Of a stretch of DNA of 32,000 bases, positions 17,761 to 25,786 are shown piece after piece; position 1 is the first letter of the stretch, and every line of letters starts with the position of its first letter. Both the position numbers and the translations under genes were made by a program. The stretch covers positions 1,290,001 through 1,322,000 of the forward strand of contig NC_006512.1 of assembly GCF_000008465.1 (NCBI RefSeq), read 5' to 3'. This stretch comes from Idiomarina loihiensis L2TR (lineage in GTDB: Bacteria > Pseudomonadota > Gammaproteobacteria > Enterobacterales > Alteromonadaceae). The notes beneath the pieces are model-generated. The model did no database searches and was not told the DNA's origin. It saw only the letters and a program-made list of their open reading frames with translations.

Positions 17761-18204
17761 TTAACTACCCTGCTTCATTTCCTCACTTTGGTGTTCCATC
17801 ATTTGCTCCATCATCTTTTGCATCATATCCATTCGATGCTCCATCATTTTCATTTTATTCATCATATTCTCTTTGCCCATTTGCTCTGCTTTGTCTCCCT
17901 TTTTATGTTCTCCTTTGTTCATGCCTTTATCCATCCCATGGTTCATCATTTGCATTCCCTTCTGCATTGACTTCATGTGTTCTTCCATTAGTTTTTTACG
18001 TTTCTTGGGATCGGATTCGCTTTTTATTTTTTCCATAGCTTCGCGCATTTCTTGCATGTGCTCATTCATTGATGTCATTTTTTCATGATGCATCATTCCA
18101 CTCATTGAACCTGTTTTATCATCACCATGTTTATGCTGTGCATCAGCAAAGACAGGAGAGGCCATTAAAGCTGTGATAGTTAAAGCTGAAAGTACTTTTT
18201 TCAT
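17761..18204 (-). CDS. Periplasmic Met/His-rich protein, putative Cu(I)/Ag(I)-binding
   Basis: 147 aa from the ATG at 18204 (GAGGG RBS). Signal peptide MKKVLSALTITALMASPVFA. The mature part is very rich in Met, His, Lys and Glu, with runs such as MMHHEKM, MQMMNHGM and MKMMEHRMDMMQKMMEQMMEH. Confidence 0.7.
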   Translation of the reverse strand: MKKVLSALTITALMASPVFADAQHKHGDDKTGSMSGMMHHEKMTSMNEHMQEMREAMEKIKSESDPKKRKKLMEEHMKSMQKGMQMMNHGMDKGMNKGEHKKGDKAEQMGKENMMNKMKMMEHRMDMMQKMMEQMMEHQSEEMKQGS

Positions 18205-18224
18205 TTTATTACCCTCTTGACTAT

Positions 18225-18242
18225 GACCAAATTGTATTGGTC
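18225..18242 (-). promoter_or_regulatory. Perfect palindrome GACCAA-N6-TTGGTC enclosing a -10-like TACAAT
   Basis: The minus strand reads GACCAATACAATTTGGTC, ending 20 nt upstream of the Met-rich gene ATG. A candidate operator overlapping a candidate -10 box. No good -35 was found. Confidence 0.3.
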
Positions 18243-18418
18243 TCATTAATTTTACTTTGTTTCACTATCGTTAAATCTTGGAGCCCACGCTGACGTAGAC
18301 CTCATATAACGGCGATATTTATTGCCGAATCCTTCAATGCCTTCGATGAAATTGAATTTCATTGAATCTAGCGGAAAACTTTTAAAATTCTCATTGTGAC
18401 CTGGACGTTTTAAGCCAT

Positions 18419-18772
18419 TTAACCAGCAACGATTTTTCCCCGATACATTTGCATCTGGCAATGAAAGTCATACTCTCCGGGTTCCAGTGCTGGTATTTGA
18501 ATTGGCTTTAATTTGTTAAAAGGCAACGTTTCACTGATTTCCAGGTCAGGGATAAGCAGAGTTTCAGAGCAAGGCGATTGATCCTTCCGCAGAAACCTGA
18601 GTTCAACCGGCTTACCTTCAGGTACGTTTATTCTCGAAGGCGAGTAGGTGCCGTTTTCGACGGCAATCACCCAATCACCTTCTCCCAGCTTCATCTGCTT
18701 GGGCGTGTAAAGCCAAAACCACCAGACGATCAGTGCGATCAGAGCGATACCAGCAATATTAATAAATAACAT
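18419..18772 (-). CDS. Membrane-anchored cupredoxin-domain protein
   Basis: 117 aa with an N-terminal TM helix (INIAGIALIALIVWWFWLY). The cupredoxin-like domain has C(x)nHCQMQM ligand-type residues (SPCSE ... EYDFHCQMQMYRGKI). This family is commonly found next to copA. Confidence 0.7.
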   Translation of the reverse strand: MLFINIAGIALIALIVWWFWLYTPKQMKLGEGDWVIAVENGTYSPSRINVPEGKPVELRFLRKDQSPCSETLLIPDLEISETLPFNKLKPIQIPALEPGEYDFHCQMQMYRGKIVAG

Positions 18773-18809
18773 ATTTATTCTCCTGAATGCGCCAATGTTA
18801 AAAGGTGCA

Positions 18810-21071
18810 TTAATGTTTCTTGGCTTTGAAAAAGCGTAACCGGTTAGCGTTGCTCACTACCGTAAGCGAAGAAAAAGCCATTGCTGCACCTGCAATAACC
18901 GGACTCAACAGCATTCCAAAAAATGGATACAGAACGCCTGCGGCAAAAGGAATACCTGCTACGTTGTAAATAAAAGCACCAAATAAGTTTTGTTTAATGT
19001 TGCTCAGTGTGGCCTTGCTCACCGCGACCGCATCGGCAAGCCCGTGCAACGACCCGCGCATCAATGTAATATCAGCACTTTCAATAGCGACGTCCGTTCC
19101 CGTGCCAATCGCGAAGCCTACATTGGCAATAGCTAGTGCTGGCGCATCATTAATACCATCTCCCGTCATGCCAACGATTTCGCCTTCCATCTGCAGCTCC
19201 TGAACCTTTTTTGATTTTTCTTCCGGCAGAACTTCAGCGAAAAATTCTTTAATTCCTACTTTTTCAGCAACTGCTTCTGCTGTCGCGCGATTATCACCAG
19301 TAAGCATCACTACTCGCACACCGTTATCTTGCAAACGTTTAATGGCGGCTACGGAGTCGTCTTTTATCGGGTCGGCAACTGCAATAATTGCAGCTAACTC
19401 ATTATCAACGGCAAAGTACATAGGCGTCTTAGCTTCAGCAGCTAAGCCTTGGGCTTTTTCAACAAAGTTACCGAGCTCAACTTGACGTTCACGCAACAGC
19501 TTTTCATTACCGAAAAGGAGGGACTTCCCGTCAACTTCTGCCTCCACGCCATGACCAGCGATGGCGTTGAAGTTCGAGACCTTACTTGTCTTAATCCCTC
19601 TTTCCCTGGCTGACTCAACTATCGCCTGTGCTAGCGGATGTTCAGAGCCAGACTCAAGTGTCGCTGCAAGTTGCAGTACGGTTTGCTCATCGTACTCACT
19701 CGCTACTAATACGTCGGTGACTTTAGGAGAACCAAGTGTAATGGTGCCCGTTTTATCCAGGATCATAGCCGATACTTTCGACGCTGTTTGCAATGCTTCG
19801 CCATTGCGAATCAGCACACCTGCCTCTGCGGCTTTTCCTACACCCACCATTACCGACATAGGCGTCGCCAGGCCTAATGCGCAAGGGCAAGCAATAATCA
19901 AGACAGTGGTCGCTGATACCACAGCAAAGGCCAGTGCCGGCTCAGGCCCAAAGTTAAGCCAAGCTAGAGCACTGATAACAGCGATAATCATAACGACTGG
20001 CACAAAGTAAGCTGAAATAATATCGGCAAGACGACCGATTGGGGGCTTAGAGTTTTGCGCCCGTTTCACCATGTTAATAATTTGAGCAAGTGCTGTATCT
20101 TTTCCGACTCTTGTCGCTTGAAACAAAAAGGAACCACTTTTATTTATCGTGCCCGCCACAACGTCATCACCAACTGATTTTTCCACGGGCATGGGTTCAC
20201 CCGTTAGCATAGATTCATCAACGGTGGTACTTCCCTCTATAACTTTTCCATCAACAGGGATTTTTTCTCCGGGACGAACACGTACTACGTCCTCCTCGAG
20301 TACGTCTTCGATAGCGATATCCAATTGTTTATCGTCACGAATCACCCTTGCGGTTTTCGCCTGCAAACCAATGAGACGTTTTATGGCTTCGGACGTGCGC
20401 CCACGAGCTTTCAGTTCAAGTGCCAGCCCCAAATTGATCAAACCGATAATCATTGCGGTCGCTTCAAAGTATACGTGACGCGCCATTTCCGGAACCAGGT
20501 GCGGAACCAATACAACCACCATGGAATACAACCAGGCGGTACCAGTACCAAGTGCGATCAGCGTATCCATATTAGCGGAATGATTTTTCAAAGATTGCCA
20601 GGCACCGACGAAGAAGTGTTTGCCCGAAAAGTAAAGTACACCTAACGTTAGAATACCTACGACTAACCATGTCACACGCTCTGTGGCAGTGGTCACCGTC
20701 ATTTCACCAACAAAAAGGCTATAAATCATGAGAGGTACACCTAACGACAGCGCAACGGTCATCTCCCGCATCAGCCGCTTGTAATAAGCCCAGTCGGCTT
20801 GCTCTTTTTCTGCCAACGCATCACCGTCACTTTCGGACGTGGCTACTTTAGCGCTATACCCCGCCCTCTCTACTGCTTTCACTAAAGCGCTCGGACTTGC
20901 TGTTCCTGTCACACTGACTGTTCGCTGCGCAAAGTTCATCTCTGCATTTTCCACACCGGATACAGACTTTAATGCACTCTCGATTTTGCCAACACAACTC
21001 GCGCAACCGGCTCCCTCGATAATGAGTTCCTCAATGGAACTACTACTAACGTCCTCAGTTTTCACACCCAT
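18810..21071 (-). CDS. copA: Cu(I)/Ag(I)-translocating P1B-type ATPase
   Basis: 753 aa with one N-terminal HMA domain ([12 protein letters not shown]). Motifs: TGEP, TM6 CPC ([11 protein letters not shown]), [21 protein letters not shown]. Also the P1B-1 signatures YN (AFIYNVAG) and M..SS (AAMAFSSL). Confidence 0.93.
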   Translation of the reverse strand: MGVKTEDVSSSSIEELIIEGAGCASCVGKIESALKSVSGVENAEMNFAQRTVSVTGTASPSALVKAVERAGYSAKVATSESDGDALAEKEQADWAYYKRLMREMTVALSLGVPLMIYSLFVGEMTVTTATERVTWLVVGILTLGVLYFSGKHFFVGAWQSLKNHSANMDTLIALGTGTAWLYSMVVVLVPHLVPEMARHVYFEATAMIIGLINLGLALELKARGRTSEAIKRLIGLQAKTARVIRDDKQLDIAIEDVLEEDVVRVRPGEKIPVDGKVIEGSTTVDESMLTGEPMPVEKSVGDDVVAGTINKSGSFLFQATRVGKDTALAQIINMVKRAQNSKPPIGRLADIISAYFVPVVMIIAVISALAWLNFGPEPALAFAVVSATTVLIIACPCALGLATPMSVMVGVGKAAEAGVLIRNGEALQTASKVSAMILDKTGTITLGSPKVTDVLVASEYDEQTVLQLAATLESGSEHPLAQAIVESARERGIKTSKVSNFNAIAGHGVEAEVDGKSLLFGNEKLLRERQVELGNFVEKAQGLAAEAKTPMYFAVDNELAAIIAVADPIKDDSVAAIKRLQDNGVRVVMLTGDNRATAEAVAEKVGIKEFFAEVLPEEKSKKVQELQMEGEIVGMTGDGINDAPALAIANVGFAIGTGTDVAIESADITLMRGSLHGLADAVAVSKATLSNIKQNLFGAFIYNVAGIPFAAGVLYPFFGMLLSPVIAGAAMAFSSLTVVSNANRLRFFKAKKH

Positions 21072-21150
21072 ACAAGTGCTCCTTATTTATGGAAAATTAA
21101 CCAAATCAGGGCTCTTTCCCACAAAGTACCAACGATAAAATTTTCACTAA

Positions 21151-21609
21151 CTACATATCCGAAAATCGGTTCGCAGTTTGCACCATTCGTTTAATTTCAT
21201 TTTCTTCAACGTTTTTTACTGTTTCTAACAGCTCTTTTGCGCTGTCTATATCAACACGGGAATATAGGTGTTCATACAACTCAATGACTTGCTCATGATG
21301 GTTTACAATGTTCTCCATAATGTGATCAGTATCTAACTCTTTAAAAGGCGAATCACAGTGTCCATGCTCAACGATGGGATGTTTCCCAATATAGTCATAA
21401 CACCAAGTGTCTAATGCATTTCGGTTTGCTGTACTCAAAAAACCTTCGACCATTCGCTCTAAGCTAGCCTCATGACCCGACACGTAGTTTAGAATCATCC
21501 GAGCTCGTTCATCTTGGTTTTGTTTAGAGCAGTGAGTAACACACTCCTTCAGGTTTTTGTGGAAATCAACGGTCCAACTCAGCACATCTTTGATTGTTTC
21601 TATTTGCAT
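21151..21609 (-). CDS. Conserved-looking helical protein of unknown function with His/Cys cluster
   Basis: 152 aa with no signal peptide. Candidate metal ligands: CVTHC, VEHGHCD, NHHEQVIELYEHL (an HHE-like motif). Tightly spaced within the cusA-to-copA gene train. Confidence 0.55.
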   Translation of the reverse strand: MQIETIKDVLSWTVDFHKNLKECVTHCSKQNQDERARMILNYVSGHEASLERMVEGFLSTANRNALDTWCYDYIGKHPIVEHGHCDSPFKELDTDHIMENIVNHHEQVIELYEHLYSRVDIDSAKELLETVKNVEENEIKRMVQTANRFSDM

Positions 21610-21636
21610 TTTTTACTCCTTACCTATAATTAATCG

Positions 21637-22008
21637 TTACTTTCGTTTGCTTTTGTTAACTGGCGGACTTCTATGACAACTCCACGGTGTATGTTCCGAA
21701 TTATCTTTAATATTTTGGTCAATAAACTTGTAGTACTCTTCTTTCAGATGAGTCCACCACCCACTATTTATTTCAACACCAAACTTCCTGAGCTTTTCCT
21801 CTATAACATTGAGATCCACTTTAGAGGCATCATAAGCTACCAATAACAAGTTACGCTCAGAGTCATAGGCAACGCTATCGAGACCAACCAACAAGTCAAT
21901 TTCTTTGATAGCTTTGCGAACTTCTTTCACACTCTCTGCGTTTAGCTTTAAAGTGCGGTTTACTAAGTTAATTCCCCGCACTCCTGCTCTATGATCGTTA
22001 TTTGACAT
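21637..22008 (-). CDS. HMA-fold-like protein lacking the CxxC metal site, with a C-terminal W/Y-rich tail ending SCHRSPP
   Basis: 123 aa from the ATG at 22008. The pattern LKLNAESVKEVRKAIKEIDLLVGLDSVAYDSERNLLLVAYDASKVDLNVIEEKLRKFGVEI fits the spacing of a ferredoxin-like HMA domain. The position of GMxCxxC reads LNAESV. The tail is WWTHLKEEYYKFIDQN...PWSCHRSPP. Confidence 0.5.
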   Translation of the reverse strand: MSNNDHRAGVRGINLVNRTLKLNAESVKEVRKAIKEIDLLVGLDSVAYDSERNLLLVAYDASKVDLNVIEEKLRKFGVEINSGWWTHLKEEYYKFIDQNIKDNSEHTPWSCHRSPPVNKSKRK

Positions 22009-22065
22009 CAATACTGTCCTGTTAATTAAAACTACCAATACGTTTCAGGCAACATTTGCTCGGTG

Positions 22066-22404
22066 TTAACTTTGTAACGAAAGCTCTTTATTAGTGGCTG
22101 CTCGTTTATCGTGAACCCAGAACAATTCATCGATTGGCGAGATAGAAACTAATCCCTCGTTAGATACCCCAGTATGGGCCGCTTCAACTACCAAGAGGGC
22201 AACATCACGCGCATCATCACTGTTCACATAAACTTCAAGCTGTACGTGATCAACTAAGTGATCATCGTTATAGCTATCGAAGTAGTAACCCCGTCCTCGC
22301 ACAGGAAACAGCGTAAAGCCGCTAACGCCACGGCCGATGAGAGCCTCTTCCACTGAGTCTTGTCGAAGTTGATCAAAAATAGCGGTAATTTTAGATAGGT
22401 TCAT
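22066..22404 (-). CDS. P-II (GlnB)-like signal-transduction family protein
   Basis: 112 aa from the ATG at 22404. The segment MNLSKITAIFDQLRQDSVEEALIGRGVSGFTLFPVRGRG follows the beta-alpha-beta plus T-loop layout of P-II proteins. The upstream 25 codons in the ORF track are probably not translated. Confidence 0.65.
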   Translation of the reverse strand: MNLSKITAIFDQLRQDSVEEALIGRGVSGFTLFPVRGRGYYFDSYNDDHLVDHVQLEVYVNSDDARDVALLVVEAAHTGVSNEGLVSISPIDELFWVHDKRAATNKELSLQS

Positions 22405-22435
22405 ATACCCCCCTAAAAGCCCTAAAGCATATAGC

Positions 22436-22561
22436 TTATGGATGGCTAACACTTTTTTCGTGCTGTACATTGGAAGCATTGTTATAAGCAGGAGCGGCTG
22501 GGAAGGATAGCTGTATCACTATTCCTAACATAAGCACAACTAAAAATTTTGCTTGAAACAT
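22436..22561 (-). CDS. Candidate 41-aa signal-peptide micro-protein
   Basis: Not in the supplied ORF track (too short). ATG at 22561 with AGGAG 7 nt upstream. Translation: MFQAKFLVVLMLGIVIQLSFPAAPAYNNASNVQHEKSVSHP. It lies between cusA and the P-II-like gene. Confidence 0.3.
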   Translation of the reverse strand: MFQAKFLVVLMLGIVIQLSFPAAPAYNNASNVQHEKSVSHP

Positions 22562-22601
22562 ATGTGCGCTCCTATTGCCATGCTATGAATTAGCATACTA
22601 C

Positions 22602-22641
22602 CACCTGCACATCATTGATCGAGATCAAAGGTGCGCAGGTG
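22602..22641 (-). repeat. Compound hairpin between cusA and the downstream genes
   Basis: Outer arms CACCTGCAC / GTGC(GC)AGGTG enclose the inner palindrome TTGATC-GA-GATCAA (22615-22628, two GATC sites). No T-run follows on the minus strand, so it is not a canonical terminator. Confidence 0.4.
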
Positions 22642-22660
22642 ATATTTACAGAGTAAGGTA

Positions 22661-25600
22661 TCATCTAACCTTAACGTCTTTCTTTCGCCACAAATAGTAA
22701 ACAGCAGGTAATACGAGCAAGGTTAAGATAACAGCGCTGATCATTCCTCCAACCATTGGCGCCGCTATTCTACTAACCACCTCAGCCCCAGTCCCTGTAC
22801 TAAACATTATAGGCAATAAACCAGCAATTGTAGAAACGGCCGTCATCATGACGGGGCGAACACGAAGTCCAGCCCCTTCCATTACGGCAAGAGAGAGACC
22901 GTCTTTCGTTAATGCTTTACCATGCTCTAACTGACTTTTTTCATATTCATTATAGGACTGGTTTAGGTAAGTCAGCATTAGTATTCCTATTTCTACAGTG
23001 ACACCTGCTAGAGCTATAAAACCAACCGCTACAGCAACTGAGAAATTATAATCTAAAAGATACATTAGCCAGATTGACCCCACCAATGCGAGAGGCAAAG
23101 TTCCCAATATAATGGCTATTTCTGTAGCGTTTCGAAAGTTCATATATAAAAGAACGATAATAATCGCGAGCGTTAACGGAATCACGTAAGTCAGTTTTTC
23201 CTTTGCCCTTTCCATATATTCGTACTGCCCGGACCAGGTAACTGAATACCCTGCTGGCAACTCGAGTTCTTGTTCTACAACCTTCATTGCTTTTTCAACA
23301 TAAGTGCCGACATCAACTCCCTCAATGTCGACAAAAGTCCAGCCATTAAGTCTTGCGTTTTCGCTTTTAATTGCCGGCGGTCCAAGTTCAACGTAGACAT
23401 CAGCCACATCCGCCAAACTAATACGCTGCCCGTTTGGCGTAACTAAAGGTAGCTTCTTTAATTCTTCCGGCGAATCACGGTAATCTTGAGGGTAGCGCAA
23501 GTTTATTGGGTAACGTTCAAGCCCTTCAATGGTCTCTGAAACATTCATTCCACCAATAGCCGTGGCAACGACCTGCTGCACATCCTCAATGTTCAAGCCA
23601 TAACGTGCAGCCTGCTCTCTTTCTATGTCAACTTTGACATAGCGTCCACCTGCCACTCGCTCTGAATAAACAGAAGCCGTACCATCGACATCATCAAGTA
23701 TTGCTTCAAGCTGCTGCCCTATCGTCTGAATTTCATTAAGATCGGCTCCGGCAACTTTTATACCTACCGGCGTTTTGATACCTGTCGATAGCATATCAAT
23801 GCGAGTTTTAATGGGGTAAACCCACGCATTGGTCAGCCCCGGAAACTTTACAAGCGCATCCAGTTCTTTTTTCAACTTCTCAGTGGTCATACCGTCTCTC
23901 CACTGATCTTTCGGTTTCAGTTGAATAAAGGTTTCAATCATCGTTAGGGGTGCCGGATCAGTGGCGGTATCCGCTCGACCAATTTTGCCAAAAACCGTCT
24001 TCACTTCCGGTACCGTTTTTATGAGCTTGTCGGTTTGCTGCAACAGCTCCCTTGCTTTACCAATTGATAATCCGGGATAGGTAGTGGGCATATACATCAA
24101 ATCGCCCTCGTCCAAATCTGGAATAAATTCACTACCAATTTTGTCAATCGGCCAGACACCAACGGCCAGGATAACAAGCGCTCCGACAACTGCTGTCTTG
24201 GGGTATTTCAAAATGCCTTTTAAAAGCGGTTTATACCCGGCGATCAATAACCGATTAAGCGGGTTTTTCCCCTCAGGTGTTACCTTTCCTCTGATAAAAT
24301 ATCCCATCAACACGGGGATAACGGTAACCGCTAAGGCTGCACTGGCTGCCATTGCGTAAGTTTTCGTGAAAGCAAGCGGAGAAAACATCCGCCCTTCCTG
24401 GGCTTCTAAGGTAAATACCGGCATAAAGCTGACGGTAATAATGAGCAAGCTAAAGAAAAGAGCAGGGCCCACCTCTGAAGCAGAGGCGGCAACCACCCGC
24501 CAGCGGTTCTCTGCTGTCAGTGGCGTTTTTTCCATATGCTTATGCATATTTTCAATCATGACGATGGCACCATCGAGCATAGCGCCAATAGCGATTGCGA
24601 TCCCTCCAAGTGACATAATATTCGCGTTAATTCCTTGCCAATACATGACAATAAACGCGGTTAAAATACCCAAAGGCAAGCTGATAACGGCAACCAGGGA
24701 GGAGCGGACATGGAAGAGAAATATCACACAGATAAACGCGACAATAGCGAGTTCTTCTATTAAACTTTTCCATAGACTTTCCACGGCATCCGAGATAAGC
24801 CCCGAACGATCATAGACAGTGACTATATCGACACCTTCTGGTAGCCCAGACTTTAATTCTTCCAACTTTTGTTTAACGCCATCAATCGTTTTTTGGGCAT
24901 TTTCTCCGAAACGCATTACCACAATACCACCCACGGCTTCTCCCTCACCGTTGAGTTCGGCGATACCGCGTCTCATTTGGGGGCCCACACCCACATCAGC
25001 AACGTCTTTAAGCAATAATGGCGTGCCATTTTCATCAACGCCAAGCGGGATACTCTCTAAGTCTGACACACCATCAATATAGCCTGAGGCCCGGACCATA
25101 TACTCAGCTTCCGCCATTTCAACCACCGACGCCCCCACTTCCTGATTACCTCGCTGGATAGCATTTTGTATGTGAGCAAGAGGAATATCGAATGCGCGCA
25201 GCTTCTCCGGATCCACTTTCACCTGGTACTGCTTTACCATCCCGCCGAGGGCGGCAACTTCCGAAACCCCCTCGACCGTTTGCAGTTCATACTTTAAAAA
25301 CCAATCCTGCATACTGCGTAACTCACTCAAATTGTGGTTACCCGTACGATCAACCAAGGCATACAAATACACCCAACCAACCCCTGTTGCATCAGGGCCT
25401 AATTGCGGTCTTGCATTAGAAGGCAGTGTCGGAGCAACCTGAGACAAATATTCCAGTACTCGCGAACGCGCCCAGTAAGCGTCTGTATCTTCGTCAAAAA
25501 TGACATACACATAGGAGTCGCCGAAAAACGAATATCCACGGACGGTTTTAGCGCCGGGGACAGACAGCATAGCGGTTGTTAATGGATAGGTTACTTGATC

Positions 25601-25786
25601 TTCTACCACCTGCGGCGCTTGACCCGGATAGCTGGTTTTAATGATCACCTGGACATCCGACAAGTCCGGCAGTGCGTCTACGGGCGTATTCTTAACCGCA
25701 AAAGCACCAACACCCACGAGGATTAATGTCGCCAGAAGAACGAAAAAACGGTTATTCACTGACCATCGAATGACTGACTTAATCAT
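22661..25786 (-). CDS. cusA: Heavy-metal efflux RND pump, CusA-type (Cu(I)/Ag(I))
   Basis: 1041 aa with 12-TM RND topology. Has AEYMVRASGY, and the segments DLMYMPTT, APLTMIET and RIDMLSTGIK. From my memory of E. coli CusA these correspond to the three-methionine metal site. Its ATG overlaps the cusB stop by 8 nt. Confidence 0.9.
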   Translation of the reverse strand: MIKSVIRWSVNNRFFVLLATLILVGVGAFAVKNTPVDALPDLSDVQVIIKTSYPGQAPQVVEDQVTYPLTTAMLSVPGAKTVRGYSFFGDSYVYVIFDEDTDAYWARSRVLEYLSQVAPTLPSNARPQLGPDATGVGWVYLYALVDRTGNHNLSELRSMQDWFLKYELQTVEGVSEVAALGGMVKQYQVKVDPEKLRAFDIPLAHIQNAIQRGNQEVGASVVEMAEAEYMVRASGYIDGVSDLESIPLGVDENGTPLLLKDVADVGVGPQMRRGIAELNGEGEAVGGIVVMRFGENAQKTIDGVKQKLEELKSGLPEGVDIVTVYDRSGLISDAVESLWKSLIEELAIVAFICVIFLFHVRSSLVAVISLPLGILTAFIVMYWQGINANIMSLGGIAIAIGAMLDGAIVMIENMHKHMEKTPLTAENRWRVVAASASEVGPALFFSLLIITVSFMPVFTLEAQEGRMFSPLAFTKTYAMAASAALAVTVIPVLMGYFIRGKVTPEGKNPLNRLLIAGYKPLLKGILKYPKTAVVGALVILAVGVWPIDKIGSEFIPDLDEGDLMYMPTTYPGLSIGKARELLQQTDKLIKTVPEVKTVFGKIGRADTATDPAPLTMIETFIQLKPKDQWRDGMTTEKLKKELDALVKFPGLTNAWVYPIKTRIDMLSTGIKTPVGIKVAGADLNEIQTIGQQLEAILDDVDGTASVYSERVAGGRYVKVDIEREQAARYGLNIEDVQQVVATAIGGMNVSETIEGLERYPINLRYPQDYRDSPEELKKLPLVTPNGQRISLADVADVYVELGPPAIKSENARLNGWTFVDIEGVDVGTYVEKAMKVVEQELELPAGYSVTWSGQYEYMERAKEKLTYVIPLTLAIIIVLLYMNFRNATEIAIILGTLPLALVGSIWLMYLLDYNFSVAVAVGFIALAGVTVEIGILMLTYLNQSYNEYEKSQLEHGKALTKDGLSLAVMEGAGLRVRPVMMTAVSTIAGLLPIMFSTGTGAEVVSRIAAPMVGGMISAVILTLLVLPAVYYLWRKKDVKVR

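Noticed and set aside
17788-17970. His/Leu-rich 60-aa ORF (MVFHHLLHHLLHHIH...) that looks like a metal-binding peptide
   Set aside because: It is the exact antisense of the Met-rich gene, since ATG codons read backwards give CAT (His). It has no SD and no independent support, so it is a mirror artefact.
18252-18461. 69-aa minus-strand ORF in the gap between the cupredoxin and Met-rich genes, with a possible internal 36-aa version from 18362
   Set aside because: It overlaps the cupredoxin 3' end by 43 nt in another frame. Neither start has an SD and it has no recognisable motif. I treat the gap as regulatory instead. Ribo-seq could revive it.
19561-20010. 149-aa plus-strand ORF inside copA, with neighbours at 18997-19203, 20149-20478, 20325-20645 and 20839-21138
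   Set aside because: These are antisense to a full-length, motif-complete P-type ATPase. Their Ser/Thr/Ala/Pro-rich composition is typical of reverse-frame translation.
24366-24815. 149-aa plus-strand ORF inside cusA, with neighbours at 24084-24359, 24819-25082, 25192-25419 and 25641-25889
   Set aside because: These are antisense to the intact 1041-aa RND pump. They have no start-site signals and low-complexity composition.
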